Below are positions 51,701 to 64,000 of a DNA stretch of 64,000 nt, piece by piece (position 1 is the stretch's first letter; every line of letters starts with the position of its first letter). The DNA comes from Phoronis australis (taxonomy: Eukaryota > Animalia > Phoronida), in the NCBI GenBank assembly GCA_002633005.1, contig NMRA01001009.1:7449-71448 (forward strand). The letters are read 5' to 3'. The translations under genes were made by a program, and so were the position numbers. Under the pieces are notes generated by a model. That model had not been told where the DNA came from and made no database searches. It was given only the letters and a program-made list of their open reading frames with translations.

Positions 51701-52534
51701 CGTGTGTAACTTGTTTAATTCGCAATTTTGAGCTTGTCAACCCACAAACAGCGATCAGTGATAATTTTTAGATATTGTGATAGGCGTTGTTTGTTTCTAA
51801 CATGACTTTGTCAGCAAAACTTTATTTAGAAAACGTATCAAGTTTTACGGATGACTGTCACTTAAGTTGGTAGTTAACAGTATAGAATGAGCCAACGAGA
51901 GAGCTTTGTTGTCGAATGGTGCAATAATAAGTTTTCACTGGCCATGGAAAGTAATCCGCCAAGGATTCATTAGCTCACCTTCGCCCAGGCTGTGAGGATT
52001 ATGCTCGACAGATAAAAGAAATCTAACAACTGAGATCTTCGCTTAACGGCCTCGCGATGCAAAATCCTCTCAATTCGTTTTTCAGCAAACGTGAGTTGAG
52101 TTAATTTTCATTCGAGGCGCTTCCTCTTCGTCTCAGTGTGCTCGCCCTAAGATGGCCACCGACAAGACGACATGTGCCCTGTAAATGACTGTCCAATGCG
52201 TTGTCCAATAAGATATCAAAAAGCTTTAAATGAAAATGAACCACTGAGATGGTTAATGATATGATGACAAGTGCTCTGCAATTACGGAAACACTGACGAA
52301 GATTGTCCCATGCCAAATTGCAAAATAAGCAAGACAATAAGAGATCTCGAGCTCTCGAGACAGTGTTTCTAAAGCCAGTAGACAACTTCTGTCGTCAAAT
52401 TTACTTGGAGATGAAACCTAACTAAACTATTAACGAAGCATCTTGCTTTTTTACCAGTCTGTGCAAGTTTGCCTGTGTAAACCGAAACGTGACGTCCAAA
52501 AGTACTGAATATAGTGTTTACAGAACAAAAGAGC

Positions 52535-54720
52535 TGTTGTGATGTTATACTTTTCTATGACGTCATCCTGTTGTGACGTCATTCTTAATTCCTGTCAATA
52601 TATTTTACATTTCTTTTATACATTTTTGCTTCTTTCTATTACAAAAACATAACAGATTTTGGCGACGTTGGCAAGATATAAAAAGATGGGTGAGTTGGCT
52701 GGCATTATTTCGTTTTTACAACAACAAATTAACCAACAGCAAGAGGATCATCAGCGTTTTGTTAAGATGATCACTAGTGGGCTGATGCACCAACCAACGA
52801 CATCTACGCCAACTTTTGGTGCGTTCGACAGTTCAGTGGAACTCTTGAAGGATTATTGGTCCAGATTCCCAACATTTACAGGGGCACACTCCATACCTAT
52901 GGAAAAACTTTCACAAACTTTCTTGACGAATCAGACGTCTAAAGTTTATAAGTTACTCGCAACTTTGGCAGAACAGCAGACACTTTCCAAGGATATCAAT
53001 CAGCTGATTGACGAAAAACACGTGTAGAGTTTGGGATAGAATAGCAACAGACAAGCGTAAGCAGTGGTAGACATGGGCGTTATCTCTGGACAGTAACTTG
53101 GTTCAACTTGACAAGCATGAAGAGAGAAAGAGTGTAGTATATCTAGCTACGAACCTTTGCTGTCTCAAATACTCCCTCCTATACTGCCAACTGCAGTAAG
53201 AGGAGCCAACACAGTATGGGAGGAATCAGTACTAGGCACTACTTTGGTGAGTAGAAGGGAGGTGAGATGACCAGACTTACTCCATCTGGTGAATCGCTTG
53301 GTTATGTGAGATCACCAGACAAGCGGAGGCAGACTGCGGCGTTTTGGACGCTCTCTAATGTTAACTAATAGGGCCGTCCCAAATTACACGGCGATAGAAC
53401 TCTCCTTTGTACCGGGCATAAGTAAACACGTGAACTAGTTATGGAAATCGGGCATATTTTCCTGTCTCTCGTTGATGTCTGGAAAGCGAAGAATTTCAGA
53501 TCTCGCATCCACTTTTTCACGTCAGAGTTGTAGCCCACAGAAGTGCAGTAACACTTCATTGGCATTAGAAGGATGAATTGAGTAATGCAACCGAGAAGAA
53601 CTTGTAAAGAATCAGACAACAACAAATAACCTATGAAACTCCAGCGGCACGAAAACGAGGCAGCAAATGTGTCTGACGGATATTTTCGGCATTATGGGTA
53701 AATACAGCAAGATTCGAGTGTCACTGTATAATCCCGGACGGCTGTAATATTGGCAAGCACCAATAGCTGGCGAATATATTAGCCTATGTGACTACGGTCT
53801 TCTGCAACCTGATGACTATACACTCTATTCAGGAGTGACTTGCACAAATCCGATGCAAATCAGACATCGGACCCTCTTTTTTAGCTCATGAGCAACTTGG
53901 GTTGCCGACCTCAATGATCACATGAGTCGACAATAGTAAAGTGAAGCTGAATCTTCACGTCAACGACATCATTCTGGATATACATTTCACAGAAATCTGT
54001 GAGTCCGATAACGTACAAAGCGCTTAGAGTCGTGTAACCTGGCACCACAAAGCCTTACGTATGCGTCTTTCATCAGAGTTCGTCTTCGAGAGTTCTAGCA
54101 ATCATTGGTGACTTCTTCAAACTTGGAATATCCAAAGTTCGAGGCGCTACACACGCCCACTATTGGACCGATTCACCTACCAATCAATAAAGCAACAGGT
54201 GCTTTTTGATGCTATTGTCAACCGAGAGGCATGCACTATGTGGTATACCAGCAACTATTTCGGAAAGGTATCGTGCAACGGGAATAACCAAAACGACGAC
54301 GAGCGATAGAGTGCAGTCAAAGAGCGACCATTATAGGGCCCGATGATCTCTTCTCGGACCCTCCACGCTACTTTGTTATGTTATTGGAAACACTGTGAAG
54401 ACGGATACCCCTTCCCAGACTGCTCCATGTGAACAATCAAAAGAGACATCTCTCTAACTCTCATACCATATGCAGGTTGGTTCATGTGACCCTAAACAGC
54501 GGTTCGCAGTGCTTACAAAGTGGGTGGAGTTGTTGCGGCAGTGTATTGGTGGATGGAACGTACACGTAAGACAAATAGACGCACTAGATGAAGTTGTAAT
54601 TACGTTCAGGACATATGCTGATTAATGGAACCTGTTGGACTTGTCAATGCTTCAATATTCCGTCCTTTGGTCACCCAGGGATGGTGTCTTTTGCAAGGGA
54701 GAAATCACTGTATATTTATG
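52535..54720 (+). mobile_element. Decayed Ty3/Gypsy LTR retrotransposon
   Basis: Short TG...CA LTR at 52535-52654 and PBS-like TGGCGACG at 52660. A gag-like ORF from ATG 52686 reads PTFGAFDSSVELLKDYWSRF..FLTNQTSKVYKLL..LAEQQ..DINQL. Degraded pol-like sequence follows, with a purine tract near 54696. The right boundary is uncertain. Confidence 0.75.
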
Positions 54721-54798
54721 GAACACATATCGAGGATTTGTTTTGTGACAGAAACTAGATAAGTCTCTTGTTGTGAACTACTTCAAGTATTGCGTTAA

Positions 54799-57744
54799 AG
54801 TTTTCTCCAACCTTATTTAGTGGCCTCCATTCTAACTCGTATATCAAAAAAGTAAGCTTTGTCAACAAGTAAAAGTATATATTTTCTGAAAGAACAAGGA
54901 CCAGGAAATATAAATATACTTTTTGTATTTATGTTCCATTATTATTTTTACGTAAAAAGCTTTTTAAGTCAAAATTTTATTTTTAAGAAAGGTACATTCA
55001 TAGCAAAATAACCCCTCGGTCGATTTTAATGAAACCTTTTTTAAATGAAAACTTCACAAGTTACCTCAAAAACGCTGTTAGGAATTTTCTATTAGTCTTA
55101 TTGTTTGTTTTCTATGACAAATCAACTCGCAAAACGTAAGTTATTTTTGTAAAAAATTGAAGTCGTATTCGTCTTTGTCACATTACGCAAAAACTAGACC
55201 TTTATATTAAAAATGCAAATAGCTGTTTTGAGATTGATGTGTATATATTGAGATTGGAAAGTTTCAGCGAAATCCATCAAGCCGTTTTCGAGAACTAGTG
55301 TTCCTAATTTCAAATAAAGTCGATTTGCCGAAGCCGAGAAAAAGTAGATTAAACTGGGACAAGTTAAAATCTCAAAGTCTTTGGTTAATTATTCGGTGAA
55401 ACTTGTTTTCGTTACTCATAACCTATGCAGTCCTTAACTATGTTAGCTATTTCAACGTTCACTTGCAATGTCAACTGATTTTGCAGTGCGTAACTACCTT
55501 AATTATCATTAAAACCTCAAATAGACGTATTGTTCCCAGCCAACTTTTGCTGTTGCTTACGAACTACTTTCTAAATAGGTCACAGTTCATAGCCTGTACA
55601 CGTCAAGTGCTTGGAGACTGATACGAAACCTGCCTCCCGTTCAGTAACGCTAGGACCTCGCTAAAAAGCAAGACTTACGTGAGGTATTGCCGTGTATTTT
55701 AAAGGAGAACACGTGACTTTGAATAGGTTTTAGCTAGGTCCTAGTGTAGGTCCTAGCGTCTACTGAACGCATGCCAGGTAAGAAATGGATAAAAAAAAAT
55801 CGAATCGGTGGTTAAAGCATGTCGTTAGCATGAGATCGAAACATCGAAATGTCAACTTATTAATTGAATTAAGGAATTAGGGTGAGGATTTATCTCTTTT
55901 CTCAACTTTCTGTGTTCATGACCAAAGACAATGAGCTATATGCACAGAGGTGACTCGCAAGCCAGACAGCGCGTGACACGCGGTCCGCCATATTGATGAT
56001 GAACGAAATGTAAATAAAAGCACGGTGGCCTTATGGAAGCCGGGGAATTTTCAGAAGAAAATTTGAAATATTCAATACTATCGAGGTTTTAAAATGTTGG
56101 TAACATTAAGGAATGTAAACATGTGACCCACGCGTTGCTTAAACGGTCATTATAAGGCCGTAAAAAGACATAATTCCCGAATTATTTTACCGGGAATCGC
56201 TGCCGTTGTGGCTTGGGATCTCTTGCCAGTTTACGAATAACGCAGCATACTTTTTACAATTGTTTTAAAATACCCACATGAGAATCTAGTTCTTAACTCG
56301 TTTTGTTTTAGCTGAGCTTATAATTGTACAGAACTTTTTTTATAAATTGTTTACAAGTCGAATAGCTGGAAAGGAGACACTCCCATCAACCATTGCATTC
56401 CTAAAATATACATCAAGTTAATTTTTGTCAGCTTTAGCCCAAAGAGATCATATTTAATGCCTCGGGTAATTTATGAACTTCCCCTCAACCTTGAAACAAG
56501 TTGAACTGAAATTTCAGAGGCGGATCCAGGATATCATAAGGGGCGGACTCAACATTTTGTCTCCGGGAATCGCACAAAGCATGATTGCGTGGGCGCACCC
56601 TGCCTAAAATATAGGAGGGCTCGGAAATAACAAAGAGACGGGAAACCGATTGCGCCGGCGATCTGACTTGGACAGTTGCAATATGATTTGAGCCCCCCCC
56701 CCCCACACACACATGCGCANCGCACACAAACTAAAACTGCACACATCTTGTTTCAATCGCATGTTAATTACCGGGGATAGTCAATAAAGTATTTCCTCAC
56801 GCTCTTGCTGTTTTATTTTTTTCGGTAGCCAAGGGGAGGGTGTGGTCCGGGCCCACCCTCATAAAACTGCCTATGAATTTCACTGAAACACGACTGGCCA
56901 CCGAAGTACCATATGCTTGGATAGACAGTCCCTAAAACTGGCTGTAATTGTCTACTTCAGGTTGTATAAACCAAGAACATGTATACGCGTTTTATGAAAA
57001 TGGAAAAAATGTCTTAGCCTGTATTCTTGTTTGCGCCGTCACACACCCCCGTCACAAATAAATCTGTAAGACTGTTGGTGATACCTCAGTGATACTCTGG
57101 GTGAAGATGTCGCGAGGGGCCTTATGAGCATGCGCATTAGACGAAACTGATATGAGGCCTTCTTGCTTTTCGCTTTGTCGTGAATGTTGACGATTGAACT
57201 AGGAAGATCTGGAGGTATTTATGATATTTATTGGTTTCGATGTCAACAAATGGAAGCAATGAACGTGTTGCTGTCACGGTCGCAGATAAAATGTTTGAGT
57301 TAAATTACTCTCAGATTTGACGTGCTTGGGTTATTCCGGAAGTGGCCAGCAGACGGCCATACTGAAAGTCAGTTGTGTACCTTTCTCTTTATTATGTTAT
57401 ATTGTAGAGGGCTACTTAAAGGTGCCTGTGGTTCTAGTGAGTACACCTCGCTGACTCTATTATGGCGACTCGATGAATGAAAGGACTGAGGGTATACGAA
57501 GCTGTTCTGTACCGGGTACCTGGCGGGAGATTCGATTTAATTGTAAGCCCTTTAACCTTTGCCCTTGGATAAATAGTAAACGCGGTTGTGCGGTTCCAAG
57601 GTGGTTCTGCTAAATCTTTTTTGTCTCGCTACGCGGTATATATTTTGTTTGAAGTTCCCCGAGAATGAAGATGGGGTACTTTGCTAAACACAAGTGAAAT
57701 ATTGTAAAAATGGCCAATTTTTGTGAATAAGGTTGGAGATATCC
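54799..57744. mobile_element. About 2.95-kb non-autonomous Kolobok-like element with nested MITEs
   Basis: TTAA|AGTTTTCTCCAACCTTATT ... AATAAGGTTGGAGATATCC|TTAA: 19-bp imperfect TIR, TTAA on both sides, RR...YY termini. Confidence 0.8.
55628..55780 (+). mobile_element. About 150-bp hairpin MITE (second, inverted copy at 58662-58821)
   Basis: cgttcagtaacgctaggacct ... aggtcctagcgtctactgaacg; both copies share the interior. Confidence 0.85.
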
Positions 57745-59754
57745 TTAAGAATATTAAGCTGACTATCTGTTATTAGAACAGTGAATTGGAGTAAGGTTAC
57801 ATAAATTCTGTAGTTAGCATTGGCATTTGTTGTTTTCATCTTTCACAAGTTGAAGCTAAATTTTACTCGACAGTGCAAGTGAATTTGTTTGTTAGTTTGG
57901 GAGTGTGGTAATTAACTAAGTCAATCAATATTGGCGAGTCCGAGTTGAATGGATACAGTTTACCGTATGTCGATGCTACCCACTATTTTATGTGACTTTA
58001 TATTTTGTGACGACTATATCGGTTCATTTGAAAGCACTGCAGTCACGCATTGACAAGAATTTATACGCAAGTGTTTCAGGCTTCGCGGATATGAAATCTG
58101 CGTGATTTTGCTTGCCTCTGATTTTGTCAAATGCAATGGGACTTGCACGAGATTCCGGTAGTGCGTGTACAATGGTAGCTGCTTGTTCACCTTCCTGCCT
58201 TCTTTCGATCGTTCAACCATTCGACGGCACAGTTCAGTTGTGACGAGCCTTTGAGACCTCGGAGTCTTCGCTAATGTGACTGATAAGATTACCATCATCC
58301 TTTGTGCATAAAAAACTCTCACGCTGTCCGTGAATATGTCAATCTGCATTTGTCAGAAAAAGGTGGCTCTGATTAAGGCAACTTATCACGTTCTTGGTTT
58401 CCTCGGCCAGTATCTGCCTGAAACGCGCAACGTTTTAAATATTACTAAGGTTGCATTCTGTACATTGAACACAATCGCTAGAAGAGTAAGTGTGATCACA
58501 AACTTCGATATCACGTGAACTCTTGGAGTTATGATACAGTCTTCCGTCACAAAATTCGTGAAAATAGTCTCATCTTGTTCTTTCCTTCAGGCGGACTTTT
58601 CGTTAGTGTCAGAGGCCATGCTCGGGGTATGAAATGATCCGTGAGTCAAGTCAACCTATTGAACCTGGCGTGCGTTCAGTAGACGCTAGGACCTACGCTA
58701 TGACCTAGCCAAAAGCTAGTCAAGGCCACGTGCTCTTATTTAAAATACACGGCAATATCACGCGTAATCTCGCAGTCTTGCTTTTAAGCTAGGTCCTAGC
58801 GTTACTGAACGGGAGGCTGGTCTCAACAATAGAGCTCTAATTGAGAGTAAGTAAGACTAGAGATCATTACAACAAGAAGTTTTAAAAAAGTCTGTTTTTG
58901 ACGGAACGCGGACTCATGGTAGCTTCAATGGTATGTGTTGTGAGGAAAGTTGGTCGATTTCGTAACGCCTAATCTGTTTGAATTTATTTCGGAACTTCAC
59001 GACTGTACTTCACATTGGAAAAATCACTCAAACCTGGGAAACGACATGCTATGAATGTTTCTTTGATTTTCGCGGGAAAAAGACGACTAGTTGGTTATTT
59101 GAACTCTAAATGGTAGTTCAGTGCACCGGCTTCCACTCACGCTATGGAGTAATTTGTATGGCGCAGTTTACATCATATATAATTGCTAATCAATTATTGT
59201 CCCAAGGGAATGTACAGCATGGAGAATAATTGAAATAATTCCCTAAAGAGGTACTTTTCAGTCTTTGTAGTTTACCAAACACACGCCCAGGTAAAGTTTT
59301 AGAAATAGGGAAACTGAAAATTAAATAAAGAATCGTATGACGCATGTAGTATCAGCGTAACTATTACGTAATTATTGTATTAGTATCATTAACAAAGGAA
59401 CACAGTTGATTTCTTAGTAAATAATCAATTTCTTTGATTTAATTAACCATATTTAAAAAAAATAAATACTGAATGAAATTGCTTAAAGTTGGTGAAAACA
59501 GACGTATAAAATTTGTTATACATGCCAATACAATCTTGTGGAACAAAATGTCGTCTGTTGCGCGTCATGCAAACAGGTACAGTGTAGATTTGGATTTTGT
59601 ACGACTTCAGAAACACGATCACCTGGTGATGAATGTGTGTTCTTTACTAAGTTTAAACCAAGGAATTTGCACATTTCCGGACAACATCATGGGAGGATGG
59701 AATTGTTGAATGTTAGTAAAGGGGATACAGCAACACGGGAGGATGAAATTGGAC

Positions 59755-60011
59755 ATTTACACGTTATACAGTGGAAAATGTCCTGACAAGTGTAAGGCAA
59801 TTACACGTTATACTGTGGAAAATGTCCTCACAAGTGTAAGACACTTACACGTTATACAGTGGAAAATTTCCTTACAAGTGTAAGATACTTTCACGTGATA
59901 ATGTGGAAAATGTCCTCACAAGTGTATGACACACGTTATACTGTGAAAAATGTCCTCACAAGAGTAAAGCATTTACACGTTATACTGTGGAAAATGTCCT
60001 CACAAGTGTAA
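59755..60011. repeat. About 44-bp tandem repeat, 6 copies
   Basis: acacgttatactgtggaaaatgtcctcacaagtgtaag unit. Confidence 0.95.
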
Positions 60012-63000
60012 TCATGAAACTATTTGATAATTTTAGGAAGATTTTGACGTTATAATCATACATTACAAATAGAACCTGAACGACATTTGAGAATTCTTAG
60101 AGAAAATAGATTATTATTCTTTGGGATCGGCACACGAGTATCAATTGAGTGCACGTTTTTGAAGACTTTATAGAACAACTTGCAAGATAGCTAGCTATTT
60201 TGAACTGGGAATTTAAAGCTCCTTTTCGTTCTTTGTAGCTGATTAAAATGAAAATCGAATCGAGCCTTTTACTCTCATAAATTCGGTCTCCTAATATTCC
60301 TTACCGTGATAAAATTCTATCTCCGTTACCAAATAGAACATCAAAACCACCAGCAACGTAAGAAACCCTTTAAGAGTTTAGTGGGGTTTCATGGGTTTGC
60401 CAAACCTAAAATTGCGGACTCGAAAATGGCGCTATCCTGTGACATACTTCCGTTGCCGGTTTATTCGGTATAATTCAAGATCGGATGGGCGTGGTAATGC
60501 TTTTTAACTACAAAGAGTTTTGGTGAACAATTTAATTTTGACAGCTAAACATGGAAGAGACGCAGCTTAAAGTTAACAATATGCTGGTGAACGAAGAAGA
60601 GTTTATACGGTGGCCCAAAGATAACATCGCGGGTTTCTTTTTTAATTATCACAGGATCTCGAGATCGCAACGTAATTATCTCGGGATGTCGATTCTATTT
60701 GTTTTCAAATGCCCACCGGTCTCAACTAATAAGTCGTGGCTTTCACAACGAATGCTTGAAGTAGTTTGAATAAAAACATGTTGCAATCTAAATTGAATGC
60801 ATGGTCAGGGGTGTCGGGGGGGAGTGGACAGGAGAGCCACAACCCCGGGGCCCGTGGCAGATAAAGGGGTTCGTAGGTGAAAGAAAACAAACAAAAACGT
60901 CACAACAAAAAGAAAGTTAAAGAGGCTTGGGCCGGTCGGCCTCAGTTGATCAAGCGTAATACCTCAGAAACCCACGAGGGCACTCAACATTTGACGGGGA
61001 CAGCTTAAAAATTCCAACGTACATGTATGAGACTGTTGACAGCTGGTAAAAGAAGATACGGTGTAGATTATGGAATTTGTATATTGTACAACTGCGTATA
61101 ATATTTTGTACAAAACAGTAAATGTTTCACAGATGAATAACTTTTTCAGTGGCATCCTTGTCGAAAATGTCTTCCTATTTCTATCCAATGTTTTAGACGC
61201 CTACTGTGCACATTTTACATAATTCAGAGTCGTAATTTGTAATCATAATTTACAATGAATTTCTTCGTTATCGCTATTTTGGTCAGAGATCAAATTCATT
61301 AACGTCGACTATGAAACGTTAATGAGACCCGAAACGTTAATTAGACCAGCTGATGGAACGTTTCTAACTAAATATTATGATGGAAGATGAGTGTTTGGGT
61401 TGATACTTTCGAAGATTTTTTGTAAATCATTAAAATTAGGAATCGGTTGATGGTAACACCCCCTCGCCTCGATGACGAGCAGAATTCGATCCTCTCGACA
61501 AATTAACTGAATTTGCCTGCAGGTCCTTGGTGTAATTATCATAGCGCTATCATTCTGTCGACTATAATAATGTAAGAGACTGTAGGCTTAAGTTCATTAA
61601 TAAACCTGCGCTAACTAATCAAAAGAGACCCCGGGAGTGTTGAGACATTGACCGGTAAAGTTGTACCTCAAGGTCTTCACTCAGGCAATGCATGCCTTAT
61701 GGCACCGTTCACATGGCGTCCGTTTAGAAGGCAGAGCGTAGTCTGATCCGCCGTCTGAAAGAATCACTTACGAACGGCCGCCAAACGTCGATTTGCAGTC
61801 TTATCGTCCACCCCCAGATCAACCGACAGATCTGCCTTCCTACAGTGAGACGCTTTCATTCAAAAGGCGCTAGGGACTTGCGCTTAGGTTCTATTCGCTC
61901 ATGCTAATTGCACATGAATGTTCATAATATTAGCTCGTTTAACTGCTGGTCTGCTTTCTTATCAGAATTCCACATGTCAACGCTGTATAAGAACTTCTAA
62001 GCGTCCACGGGGAAATGGTTTCGAGTTTGAATAACTCCATCTGCTCCGGTGTATATACATAATTATATGTATATATTCGACTAGTCTCATTGAACGCAAG
62101 ACTCCGATTTTACCCGTATAATGGCCATTTTTCCATCGCCGCATTGTCTATCTACAGGGGGCAGATATTGCAACATTTATCTCAATGACATTTTGACCAT
62201 TGAACTCTAGCCCTGGAATGCCAACTCCGATCTCACGGCCTCTGAGGTTGCGCCGCACATGCGTGCTAGTTGTTTACATTCGTTTGTTCTGGTGTATGTA
62301 CTTGCTATGGAATTTATTCATAAACATTTTAACATCTCCGCCGTTTTTCAACCGAATTGCATCAGAGTCATTTCATTAGAAAGCCCTTTGTCAGTGCTTG
62401 ATGATTATACAAAAGCAAAAGATAAATAATTTAATTCATAAGTAATTATCATTTTGCATACCTGACCTCAAATTATTTTCTAAAAACCAAGAGTGTTACC
62501 AAATAACGAAAAATAACAACGTGTAATAGTAACATAAAAAGGAAATGAGCCTGAGAGGCTATGTAAATGACTAGTTAAGCGATTAGAAAAATAATTTCAA
62601 TGATTCAAAAGGTTTTTACCCAATAAAGACAAAGGTTTTAGAATATGGATCCCTCATACTTGCTCTGGATAATTTAGTCTAGCATTCATCAAAAACTTTG
62701 ACCTTTGGTGCCGTTTGATACATTTATCCAATAAAAATTCAGAAAAATGCGATAAACTACTCCAAGTATGCATCCGAAATTTTCAGATAAAGGCTTTCTG
62801 ATGGGCAAACATGTAAAACGTAGCTTTGGAATGTACTGTATATAGCTCATCACATTGGCAGCAGTGTAGGACTTTCCATTAAAGTTTAGAAATAAACTCT
62901 TTACTTCAGAACGTAAATCTTAGTTATCCTGATACATATAACGAGTGTTACCGTAAACAAGAGACATTGGAACACATTTTTTGCGATTGTTATGTTACTA

Positions 63001-63262
63001 AAGAAAATGGACTCTGGAAAATAGGAATATTCACAAAACGAGAAAATGTTATTTTGAACACCTGTTGCATATAGTTATCACGGTAAAGAACGAAAAAACG
63101 GAACCTGACTGAAAAGCGGAACTTCAGGATAAAAAGCAGGACATCTGAGCCTAAGCCAAAACGTAAGGGTGAAATGTTTGCTGCAACACACAGAAGACGT
63201 ACCGACAGCGTTTTTTGTCGAACGGAAGATGTAATTACGGCCAAAAATGTCCTACAGCGTTT

Positions 63263-63297
<35 letters not shown>
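63263..63297. repeat. (GTT)n microsatellite
   Basis: Directly visible. Confidence 0.95.
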
Positions 63298-64000
63298 CTT
63301 AATATTTGAATGGGAAAATGCGGGTGTCACAAGAGTCCATGAAACGTCCTGTCGAGCGGAAAAATATGGCTATGTTACGAGTGAAATTACGAAAGATAAC
63401 ATGTCAATTTGGCCGTGTGTCAAAAAGCGTGTTGTGGGATGACGGAAAAAATGACATAAGTGGGACAGTCCGCCAAGACCGGAGCAACTGGCAAATGCAT
63501 TGTAGGCTGTCAGCAACAAGAAGTACTGGATTGGCTTTTTTGACAAGGGGAATTTTTAATTTTTCTCTAAAATTTTATTTCACGGGTATAGTTAAACACT
63601 GTAGATAACAGTAGGCCTACTTTTACGAAATAGAATTTACAAAAAAAAAACGGCATCTGGGCAATGGGTAAATATTGCGTAAAATGAAACAATGGGGCTA
63701 TTCGGAGAATTCTCCTCGCGGTGTCTCTGCTGTACTAGTGGTGATTGAATTGCGCATGCGTGGCTGTCTGCATGTAAACAACTGGTAAAAGATGGAATTT
63801 TTATCGAAATACGTCGTCGCGCTAAGCCTTATTTCTGCTAATTTCCGAGGTGCAAGTCTTCGACAGGTGGCCAAAAATTCCCAAAAGACCTAAGGTTACT
63901 ATATTCGTGGACAACTGCGGTCAGCAGGGTCAACTAACTGACAAAAAGTGTGTGGATGCTGAAGCCCCGTGTGTGCTCTATGTCTATAGTCTATAGTAAT

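Noticed and set aside
52150-52330. Myb/SANT-like fragment (K*TTEMVNDMM) of a Harbinger element
   Set aside because: Too short and degraded to support.
58014-58349. 111-aa minus-strand ORF
   Set aside because: No recognisable motif; may be a transposon relic but cannot be assigned.
63690-64000. Promoter (TGCGCATGCG at 63751, CpG-rich)
   Set aside because: A single motif in a generally CpG-rich region at the window edge is insufficient.

Overview
Eukaryotic, probably marine-invertebrate, genomic DNA (AT-rich, long GT-AG introns, many transposon relics and minisatellites); the species cannot be determined from the sequence. The left half holds one clear + strand gene, a ZDHHC3/7-type DHHC palmitoyltransferase. 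Six coding exons (5260-5608, 15662-15786, 18788-18884, 23368-23449, 28036-28166, 29698-29856) splice in phase into about 313 aa ending ...YQYTV*; the start-codon exon was not located. Its introns carry Penelope fragments, a THAP/Kolobok-like transposase relic split by a hAT MITE, Helentron-type (HINE) elements and many tandem arrays. The most unusual signal is that two arrays are amplified copies of the gene's own splice junctions (one donor, one acceptor), and use of any extra copy would introduce an immediate in-frame stop. Right of about 33 kb the sequence looks CpG-rich and lacks a convincing intact CDS. It contains MITEs, TTAA-flanked Kolobok-like elements, a decayed Gypsy LTR element and a candidate promoter/first exon near 42.3-42.6 kb. 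All calls were made by eye, without database searches.
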